This document shows, piece after piece, positions 1 to 7,167 of a DNA stretch of 20,000 nt. Origin of the DNA: an uncultured virus (IMG/VR IMGVR_UViG_3300020183_000055) (Duplodnaviria > Heunggongvirae > Uroviricota > Caudoviricetes); IMG/VR virus record IMGVR_UViG_3300020183_000055, positions 54,534 to 74,533 of that record; one strand, written 5' to 3'. The notes beneath the pieces were generated by a model, which saw nothing but the letters and a program-made list of their open reading frames with translations, had not been told where the DNA came from and ran no database searches. Position numbers and translations under genes: made by a program. How positions within the stretch are numbered: the stretch's first letter is position 1; each line of letters opens with the position of its first letter.

Positions 1-1461
1 GTAGAAATTATCAAACGGAGAAATACGAATGTAAGCCTGTCCTAGCCCATAGGATATTGTTTGAGTAACCCCCCCGTCTGCCTGGTCGATTGTGAATCCT
101 TTCACGGATAAATTGGACATAGTCAAATTCACCGTGTTATTTTCAACAAAAACATTTTGATATTTGATAGTTTCTCTTGGAACAAGAGTGTTGGCGGGAA
201 CCGAAATTGAGGACTGATTTGCTAGTTTATTGTAAATTTTTTGGGTTTGAGGAAAAACTGAAAGTTGAAGTGGTGCAATTTCTGGTCCATATCTACCAGT
301 ATCCAAAGAAGTGAAAGAGGCATTTCTTACCAGTCGTGACTGATCAACCGAATTAACCAAGGTCATTGTGTAACTCAAGGTAAATCCTGATGCAACGGAT
401 GGGTATCTAACAATGGGTCTATACAGAAGGGGAACATCAAATGCAGTAGTTTGTATGGTTGAAAAATTGTTGGTAACAATAAAAGATGCACCAATTTGTT
501 CCAAAGTTTCAACTTTATGATCGATATAATATTGGTTACCGATAGAATTTTGAAAAAGAATGAAATTTTCGATGAATCCACCCGAATCAGTGGCGAAGTA
601 TTCGAAATAATCGCCGTTCCGGGCAGAACCTATGTAAGCCCCAACGTTGAAAAATGGATCCTCCGATTCCAAAGATAAAGTTGCATATAAAGTGGATCCA
701 TATTGATCATATCCATTGACTTGTGTTGTATCATCTATTTGCCACACCGAAATTCTCATGGGTGAACCGGTAACATAGCCCCTTCCACTTCTCGATGTTT
801 TTCCAGCTAGTGTGTTCGGTTTATTTGGATAAGAGGCTGCTGCATATTGGTTGTTCATGTCAACCAAAGATGGAACTAAAATTTGAAAATATTTGTCGTA
901 AATATTTGAACCTATTGTTAAAGGGTTGGGATCTAAGGTGTAATTTTGTGCTGTACCCGAGCTTATCTCAATTTGCGAGAAAGTAACATAGGATAAATCC
1001 TGATCCAAATAGGATATGGATATGATTAGACCATCTATGTTTTCCAAATTATATCCTTGCAAAATGTGATATCTCACCGTGTCGTATACAACTGAAATAT
1101 TATCTGGAAAAGAAATTTCCAGGTTGGCGGTAGGTGTCAGCTTGGGATTAAAATCGTTGTAAGGAACAATCAAATTAGGATTTAGAGGTATAAAAGAATT
1201 TTCCGAAGTTTTTACCACATTGTTCAGGGCGGTGTTTTGTGTTGTGACATAATTTTGGTTCAAATTGAAAATTTGAACTTCGTTGGTCGGTGATCCTTTG
1301 TATTCTAAAATCCCATTAATCAACTTGTTGAATCCCACTGTCGGATTTCCTCCCCCGGTGTTAACATTGTAAGTTTGTGGATTTGGTTGAGCAGCATACA
1401 TGTATTCCAACACCAGATAAGGAGTTAGCTGTATGTATTTAGAAGTTGTGGTGTATGCCAT
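1..1461 (-). CDS. Hypothetical phage protein, probably virion structural; partial (3' end beyond the window), >487 aa
   Basis: Not in the ORF track. My translation from the ATG at 1461 (MAYTTTSKYIQLTPYLVLEYMYAAQPNPQTYNVNTGGG...GQAYIRISPFDNFY) stays open to base 1. It starts 10 nt after the previous stop (1471) and has the same N/T/S/Q/Y-rich composition as the upstream structural genes. Confidence 0.88.
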   Translation of the reverse strand, partial: MAYTTTSKYIQLTPYLVLEYMYAAQPNPQTYNVNTGGGNPTVGFNKLINGILEYKGSPTNEVQIFNLNQNYVTTQNTALNNVVKTSENSFIPLNPNLIVPYNDFNPKLTPTANLEISFPDNISVVYDTVRYHILQGYNLENIDGLIISISYLDQDLSYVTFSQIEISSGTAQNYTLDPNPLTIGSNIYDKYFQILVPSLVDMNNQYAAASYPNKPNTLAGKTSRSGRGYVTGSPMRISVWQIDDTTQVNGYDQYGSTLYATLSLESEDPFFNVGAYIGSARNGDYFEYFATDSGGFIENFILFQNSIGNQYYIDHKVETLEQIGASFIVTNNFSTIQTTAFDVPLLYRPIVRYPSVASGFTLSYTMTLVNSVDQSRLVRNASFTSLDTGRYGPEIAPLQLSVFPQTQKIYNKLANQSSISVPANTLVPRETIKYQNVFVENNTVNLTMSNLSVKGFTIDQADGGVTQTISYGLGQAYIRISPFDNFY

Positions 1462-1470
1462 TTTGTAATT

Positions 1471-2304
1471 TTATTTGCCGAATTGAAGAAATTTAGGGGA
1501 ATAAGTGACCCCAATCACAACATTAGGACCCATTCCTACAAAACCCCCAGGTCCAGATGTCAAACCTAATCCAAGGCCAAACCCTATCCCGAAAGGTTTT
1601 CTTGAATTCCTCAAAGCCCTCTTGGATTCCCCGTCGTCTAATAAATTAATCGAATTTAATTCCGCAAAAGAAATCCCCGGGAAATCAGTAGAGGCTCTAA
1701 CATAAAGTTTACCAGATTTAGGATCTCTAACCAATCCTGTTATGAGGTCAATTTTTTGATTTATTTTCAGATGTGCAGATTCTGTGTTAATTTTGGGAAT
1801 TATTCTCCAGCCCAATCGAAGAGAATCCATCAAAATCTTCGAGGTGTCGTATGTAATAGAATAAGGTAAAATTCCTTCTATGGACAAATAATTTTTTCCC
1901 TTCAAAGTAGGTTTATACGAAAAATACAATTCGGGGGTTTTTTGGTTGAACCTGGATATCACCGGGACGTAGATTGAAGAATCCCGATATTCAACAACAG
2001 TTTGGATGACCACTTTGGTTTTTTTTCTTTTTTCAACATCCAATTTTTGAATTAAATCCAAATTTTCCGATCTTAACTCTTCATAGTAAAATTCCAAAGA
2101 AAGTCTTTGTGCCAACAAAGTTTCATTTTCGGAGGAAATTATCACCACAGAATCTTGAATAGCGGCGTAATTTCTTTTGTGTCTATCTGCCTCTTCTTTG
2201 GATTCTTTTAATTCCTTTAGATTCCAAATTAATGCTAAAATAAAAATCAAAATTGTGGCGGATAAACCAACAATTATTCGCAATTTGTAATCAATATTTT
2301 TCAT
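1471..2304 (-). CDS. Membrane-anchored coiled-coil protein with C-terminal Gly/hydrophobic beta-hairpin; candidate spanin-like lysis protein
   Basis: N-terminal TM helix (IIVGLSATILIFILALIW), coiled coil (LKELKESKEEADRHKRN...LRSENLDLIQKLDVEK), and C-terminus KPFGIGFGLGLGL...GPNVVIGVTYS. The C-terminus resembles the (W/F)GIG..G.G...PxVGxGxxY tail I recall from Bacteroidota phage/prophage proteins. The ORF is solid; the function is inferred. Confidence 0.6.
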   Translation of the reverse strand: MKNIDYKLRIIVGLSATILIFILALIWNLKELKESKEEADRHKRNYAAIQDSVVIISSENETLLAQRLSLEFYYEELRSENLDLIQKLDVEKRKKTKVVIQTVVEYRDSSIYVPVISRFNQKTPELYFSYKPTLKGKNYLSIEGILPYSITYDTSKILMDSLRLGWRIIPKINTESAHLKINQKIDLITGLVRDPKSGKLYVRASTDFPGISFAELNSINLLDDGESKRALRNSRKPFGIGFGLGLGLTSGPGGFVGMGPNVVIGVTYSPKFLQFGK

Positions 2305-2527
2305 AATTGAGGGTGAGTGGGTTTAATTTTCCTGGTCCATATTTTTTTTTAAGACTCTCTACAAAATTTTGTTCTTGAGATCTAAGATCTTCCAGATGAT
2401 TAATCAACGATTCTGCTTTTTGGTTTAAACTTGACATTTGTTCTTCCGCAAGATGGATTTGGTCTTTGATTTGGCCAAATTCTTGTATTAATTTTTTTGC
2501 TTCTTGGATTTCGTTTTCGTTTAACAT
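2291..2527 (-). CDS. Small coiled-coil phage protein (78 aa) with LxxKYGxGxLN tail
   Basis: Heptad-rich helix followed by SLKKKYGPGKLNPLT; overlaps the next gene by 14 nt, suggesting translational coupling. Confidence 0.75.
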   Translation of the reverse strand: MLNENEIQEAKKLIQEFGQIKDQIHLAEEQMSSLNQKAESLINHLEDLRSQEQNFVESLKKKYGPGKLNPLTLNYEKY

Positions 2528-2538
2528 GATTTGGTTTT

Positions 2539-2796
2539 TTATAAAATAAAGACAGGTACAGTGTTTAAATCTTTCGTCAAATAATAATTAATGAATCCAC
2601 TTCTGGGATTATAATTTGTAAAATCTTTTTCTGAATTTCTTAAATTTTCAAGTTTGGTCAGGAGATGTTCAGCCTCCGTTTCAAGATTCTTGGTTTTACC
2701 ATTCACAATAGACATGTCTTCTAACACTCTAAAGAATTTTATTTTTAGATCTTTTGTCGAGATCATTTCATCTTGGGTAACAGGCGGGGTTTGCAT
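2539..2796 (-). CDS. Small coiled-coil protein (85 aa), paralog of the adjacent 78-aa protein
   Basis: Aligns without gaps to the 78-aa ORF (LETEAEHLLTKLENLRNSEKDF vs LNQKAESLINHLEDLRSQEQNF); preceded by a GAATATATAC motif. Confidence 0.7.
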   Translation of the reverse strand: MQTPPVTQDEMISTKDLKIKFFRVLEDMSIVNGKTKNLETEAEHLLTKLENLRNSEKDFTNYNPRSGFINYYLTKDLNTVPVFIL

Positions 2797-2815
2797 AAAA
2801 AAATTTAAATCCTAT

Positions 2816-2825
2816 GTATATATTC
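2816..2825 (-). promoter_or_regulatory. Putative phage late promoter motif GAATATATAC
   Basis: Intergenic, 19 nt upstream of the ATG at 2796; identical 10-mer at 7144-7153 and a 9/10 match at 19521-19530. Confidence 0.6.
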
Positions 2826-2851
2826 ACTCCAGAAAAAAACGAACTACGGGA

Positions 2852-3565
2852 TCAGTAATTCTGGATCTGAATAAATTCTAGTTCGGTCTGACTTAAAAAA
2901 TCAGAAACTGTCAGAAAATTGATCAAAGGATTTTTTTCAGAATTTGCTATCCTTTTAATGATTTTATCATGTAAATCAACTTCAGAAAAATCGATCATAA
3001 CCAAATGCTCACCAAATAAGAGGGAAGTTTTTTGTGCAGTTCGTGGGGAATCCCTATAATCAAAAACTTGAATCGTGTCTCCTATCTTTTTTTCCATTCT
3101 GCTTATTTTTACATATTTATGGGAATATTTTCCCTGCAGGGGCGGACTAATTCTGGGAAATTTCCATTCAGAAGCTGGGGTGTTTTGATTATTTTCAACT
3201 AGATCGGATTTGGTTGGTAAAAGACAGGCAACATTGAGATGTGAAACAGTGATATCCACGAGAAGACAGTGTCTATTTAGAGCCAGATTGTAAAGCTTGT
3301 GGAGATCTGAAGAAATTCGTGACCAATCCGCGATATCAAAATCACAGGCCAAACCCAAATCAAGATCCCACGTCTGAAAATTTTTCCACAGAAAATGTCC
3401 GTAAATATAGACGTTTTGATATTTAGAAAAAATTTGCTGACAATCAGGATCCAATAAAAATTCTTTGACGGACGCGTAAGTTAGCATGGGCCAGGGCCGC
3501 GTGGTGCTTACCTCCCCTATCTGATATCTGAATTCCTTTCCTTCTTCATAGAAAAAATTTTCCAC
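2852..3565 (-). CDS. Putative nucleotidyltransferase (DNA polymerase beta superfamily fold), 237 aa, GTG start
   Basis: Motif VYIYGHF-x5-TWDLDL matches the hG[GS]-x(9-13)-Dh[DE]h NTase signature except for H at the G/S position. A candidate third carboxylate lies on a later strand (LLVDI). Confidence 0.55.
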   Translation of the reverse strand: MENFFYEEGKEFRYQIGEVSTTRPWPMLTYASVKEFLLDPDCQQIFSKYQNVYIYGHFLWKNFQTWDLDLGLACDFDIADWSRISSDLHKLYNLALNRHCLLVDITVSHLNVACLLPTKSDLVENNQNTPASEWKFPRISPPLQGKYSHKYVKISRMEKKIGDTIQVFDYRDSPRTAQKTSLLFGEHLVMIDFSEVDLHDKIIKRIANSEKNPLINFLTVSDFLSQTELEFIQIQNY

Positions 3566-3574
3566 AACAAAAAA

Positions 3575-5641
3575 TTAACTACCAATTCCGCCACCTCCTA
3601 AAACTGGGTTGCTGTTTCTTACCACCAGTTGTGTTTGTCTATATGGTATAAATCCAGATGTTGTTGCAGAAGAGACACAGCCAGTTTGAGGAATGAAATC
3701 TCCTTTCCAAACATTTAATCCAGTTTGTGAAAATTGGCCACCAGTTGCACCTAATCTTTGATAAGAAAGAATATTTGAAGAAGTTTGATAAGCTTGAAGA
3801 CTTACTGCTCCTGTACCCCCTGAACAATTTTCATAAGAAAAATTAAGGTTACCGGGTCCTGGATTATAAACATTCCAGCAAATACAAACTTGGTTGAATG
3901 CCTCCCAAAAAATTTGACTATCGTTGATAAAAGTCAGCCTTAATTTTCTACATCCTTTGACTCCTTCTGCTTTAGCCTGATCTCCCGAATCCCAAATTGG
4001 AACAGTAGATATTCCCCCAGCATATACAGTTTGTATTCCACCAAAACTGAAATCTTCGTTTAAAAGTAAAACCGTAAAAGTCCGGGTAGAAGAAGGTTCC
4101 CAAATTCCAGAAAAATCAGTCAAACGTAGATATACCCTTTTTCTTCTAGAATCCGCGATGGGAGTCCAAGTATTACGATTAGAACTATTATAAGCCACAC
4201 TTGGTGATCCATCTATACAAATCGTATCGGGGGAAGAGGAATTCAAATCAAGTAACATGTAGTTGTTGTTTTGTAATTGATTACCAAGAGGATAAGTGTT
4301 AGAAAAAGTTGTGTTCCATGGTACATTACTTATAAAACCAACCTTATTTACCCATAAACCTTTACCTTGGAATCCGGATCCTGAGGTTCCTTGTCCTTTC
4401 ATTACCCCGCCTGCCACATTGAATCCAACACCTCTTGATTCAAATATTTTCAATGGGATAGAAGCCAACCCGCAAGAATTCAATTGTACGGGTGCAATAC
4501 CTACAGCTCCTGAAATTCTATATGGTGTTGTTATAGAACAGACTACAACGTAAGTATTAGCACCAACAAAAATGGTTTGTGGTGTATTATCACAATCAGT
4601 ATATCCGTATATTGTGGAACCTATACCCGTATTATCAAGTAAGAACTCATAACAAGTGATAGTTTCTTCAGAGATAAGTGAAGCAATTTTAGTTCCAGAA
4701 GTAGCACCAGTTCCGTCAATCTGTACTTTGAATCCAGGTCCAGATGAATTATTACAAGAAAAGCCTGACCCAGTTCCACCGATTGTCGTTTTATAAAAAC
4801 CAGAAAATTTAGAACCGTCCCATTTCAAGTTGGGCGAATTAATTTGAAATAATGGTGAATTTATTTCAAGACTCCCATTTGTAATTTGAATGTTGTTTGC
4901 TGTACTTAGAGTTATTCGATTCGAACTAACAGATCCACCGGATGCTCCTGCTGTCAAACCTAATCCTTTTGAAGAAATTTGTAGATTCTGTGGGGATTCA
5001 AATTTCAAATTGTAGTTCGTTGGTGAATTGTCTTCCCAAGAAAATTGGGGCAAAGAATTGGATAGTGAAGATGTTTTTCCAAAAGACAACAAAGGTCTGG
5101 TTCCATCTGTTCCGATCAAAAATTTAGAACCAGTGGGATTGGCCCTCTGTTTCTGGAGTTGTAAGGAAATATTGCTAAAATTATAATCGGAGAAAACAAA
5201 AGTATTCCCCGATGGTCCTGTTGCAAATCCAATAGCTGTTTTATCTTCGATCCCACCAGGACCAGAAACTCCTATAACATAATTCCAAACTGAATTTTGT
5301 AACAAATCAAATCCAGAATCCACCCAGAATGGGGAAGAATTTTGGAATTCGAAAATAGAAAAACCAGATGTTGGCCCAGTATTAACCCAGTAATCTCCAG
5401 GCTTTGAATTCCCAGTAACTGGTGGTAAAAAGGAAAAATTCCATTTGGATGCGGACAATCCCAATTCTCCAATAGTTCCATCATTTCCAACTTGCCCTAT
5501 TATTCCTGTGGGTCCTATGAGACCAACCGGACCATTTGAACCAACCCCCGAGAAAAAAACTTGTTCAAAGTTAAAATTTGTTTTGAAGATTATTTCTTGT
5601 GCATCATCTCCAGGTAAAATATACTTAGTGTTGAATGTCAT
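3575..5641 (-). CDS. Putative tail/virion fibre protein with short collagen-like segment and two Cys-rich inserts (688 aa)
   Basis: N-terminal ILPGDD..EI..KTNFNF motif, 10 Gly-X-Y triplets, GDYW motif and Ser/Ile-rich beta-repeat shaft; clearly paralogous to 5663..7126. Confidence 0.65.
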   Translation of the reverse strand: MTFNTKYILPGDDAQEIIFKTNFNFEQVFFSGVGSNGPVGLIGPTGIIGQVGNDGTIGELGLSASKWNFSFLPPVTGNSKPGDYWVNTGPTSGFSIFEFQNSSPFWVDSGFDLLQNSVWNYVIGVSGPGGIEDKTAIGFATGPSGNTFVFSDYNFSNISLQLQKQRANPTGSKFLIGTDGTRPLLSFGKTSSLSNSLPQFSWEDNSPTNYNLKFESPQNLQISSKGLGLTAGASGGSVSSNRITLSTANNIQITNGSLEINSPLFQINSPNLKWDGSKFSGFYKTTIGGTGSGFSCNNSSGPGFKVQIDGTGATSGTKIASLISEETITCYEFLLDNTGIGSTIYGYTDCDNTPQTIFVGANTYVVVCSITTPYRISGAVGIAPVQLNSCGLASIPLKIFESRGVGFNVAGGVMKGQGTSGSGFQGKGLWVNKVGFISNVPWNTTFSNTYPLGNQLQNNNYMLLDLNSSSPDTICIDGSPSVAYNSSNRNTWTPIADSRRKRVYLRLTDFSGIWEPSSTRTFTVLLLNEDFSFGGIQTVYAGGISTVPIWDSGDQAKAEGVKGCRKLRLTFINDSQIFWEAFNQVCICWNVYNPGPGNLNFSYENCSGGTGAVSLQAYQTSSNILSYQRLGATGGQFSQTGLNVWKGDFIPQTGCVSSATTSGFIPYRQTQLVVRNSNPVLGGGGIGS
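5453..5542 (-). repeat. Collagen-like Gly-X-Y repeat (10 triplets), coding
   Basis: GSN GPV GLI GPT GII GQV GND GTI GEL GLS, followed by ASKW. Confidence 0.85.
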
Positions 5642-5662
5642 GTTTATTGAAAAATAAATTCC

Positions 5663-7126
5663 TTAAGTGATTTCACCAGAGACTCCATTTGCGGTGTAAT
5701 ACATTTTAGTCACAGCTGATAATCTTATAATTGTAACCTGAAAATTTTTGATTGTGTTAGAAGATGTAAAATCCACCTTTGTTCCGGGGGTACTTCCATT
5801 TATTCGAACCAGATATTGAATCCCAGGAACACAAATGAATCTGAATTCTATTGATTCATTCTCTTCAAGAAAATCAACCCACGATCCCGTGTCTCCGGTT
5901 CCTCCTTGAAATTGAAATCCAAGATTAGCAGAGTAAGCCCCAGAAGGATTGAAATATATTGTATTTCCAGTTGGAATTGTCGAACTTGATATTTCCCAAT
6001 AATTTTCAGGAAAAGAAAATCTATTTGAATTGTAAGTTATTTCTCTAACTGCATTTCCAAATTTAGACAAAGTCACTTTACCATCGGATCTTGCTTTGAA
6101 AACAGACAAATTGTTTGCTCCAAATTCGGCGACAGTTTGTGAAGAGGTTGAATTTCCAACAGTTACAGAAATTCCATTCCCATTTGGATTTTGATTTGTT
6201 ATAATTGCTGCAAAATCCGTAGATGTGTTAGATTCTATTGAAAATCTTCCTGTCAAATTTATAGTAGAGGCAGTCGAATCCACATTGAGATTTTGGGAAT
6301 TTATATCTATGTTATTTGTAGAATTTATGGAAACAGAATTGGAAGAAATCAGTTGAGTAGATGCGGATGAAGAAATCAACAAATCATCATTGGAACTAAT
6401 GCTGACAACTCCAGAACTTTGTAAATTCAAAAATTTGGAAGATAAAGTTAGAGTATCCTGCGGAACTGTAAAAAGTAAATTGTAATCATTCGCTAATGCA
6501 GTCATCCATCTAAATTGGGGATGCCTTGTATAATCTGCAGGTAAACCTATATCATTTGCGTTTGTTTTAGCAAATTCTAAAAGAGGAGCATCATTGGTGG
6601 TTGAATTAGTAGCAATCAAAACTTTGGAATAGGTTGGATTTGCTGTTGGTGGGTCAAGAACTGCATCCGAAATTACCAAGGTTTGGAGTTCCGGGATCGG
6701 GGAATTTAGGAGAATTGCATTCTGAGCAGTAGACCCATTCGGACCAGAAACCCCGGTCAATGTGTAAAAAATTTCTTGATTTATCAACGTATCTCCAACC
6801 TGAAACCATCCAGAAGGTCCAAATTCATAAATAAGATTATCTCCGCTTGTTGAATCCAACCAATAATCACCCACTAAAATTGGATCTCCAGTTCCTCCGG
6901 TTGGAGCATTTTCCTGAACAAACCATTTTGTTCCTCTAACCCCCTGTTGACCAGGATCTCCTTTTGGACCGACTGGACCTACTGGCCCCTGCTTACCTTG
7001 GGCTCCCTGCAATCCCTGAGGCCCACCACCATTGGCAACTAAAGAATCAAAATTGGAATTTATTTTGTTTCTTATATTTTCCTGGGTATCCCCCTGATTT
7101 AAAGTCAAAATATTTAGAGAAGGCAT
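5663..7126 (-). CDS. Putative tail/virion fibre protein with collagen-like segment (487 aa)
   Basis: N-terminal LNQGDT..NIRNKINSNF motif, 11 Gly-X-Y triplets, GDYW motif and about 8-residue beta-repeats (VVSISSNDDLLISSSASTQLISSNSVSINSTNNIDINS) typical of trimeric beta-helical shafts. Confidence 0.7.
   Translation of the reverse strand: MPSLNILTLNQGDTQENIRNKINSNFDSLVANGGGPQGLQGAQGKQGPVGPVGPKGDPGQQGVRGTKWFVQENAPTGGTGDPILVGDYWLDSTSGDNLIYEFGPSGWFQVGDTLINQEIFYTLTGVSGPNGSTAQNAILLNSPIPELQTLVISDAVLDPPTANPTYSKVLIATNSTTNDAPLLEFAKTNANDIGLPADYTRHPQFRWMTALANDYNLLFTVPQDTLTLSSKFLNLQSSGVVSISSNDDLLISSSASTQLISSNSVSINSTNNIDINSQNLNVDSTASTINLTGRFSIESNTSTDFAAIITNQNPNGNGISVTVGNSTSSQTVAEFGANNLSVFKARSDGKVTLSKFGNAVREITYNSNRFSFPENYWEISSSTIPTGNTIYFNPSGAYSANLGFQFQGGTGDTGSWVDFLEENESIEFRFICVPGIQYLVRINGSTPGTKVDFTSSNTIKNFQVTIIRLSAVTKMYYTANGVSGEIT
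6926..7024 (-). repeat. Collagen-like Gly-X-Y repeat (11 triplets), coding
   Basis: GPQ GLQ GAQ GKQ GPV GPV GPK GDP GQQ GVR GTK, followed by W. Confidence 0.9.
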
Positions 7127-7143
7127 GTTCTTGAGTTCTTTTT

Positions 7144-7153
7144 GTATATATTC
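7144..7153 (-). promoter_or_regulatory. Putative phage late promoter motif GAATATATAC
   Basis: Intergenic, 17 nt upstream of the ATG at 7126; identical to 2816-2825. Confidence 0.6.
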
Positions 7154-7167
7154 TAAATTTCAGAATC

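Noticed and set aside
2826..2851. Intrinsic terminator after the NTase-like gene (T-run on the minus strand)
   Set aside because: The T-run is not preceded by a convincing GC-rich stem.
3575..7126. Diversity-generating retroelement or invertible fibre cassette
   Set aside because: No reverse transcriptase or recombinase, and I saw no near-identical nucleotide repeat pair or flanking inverted repeats; the paralogs are similar only at the protein level.
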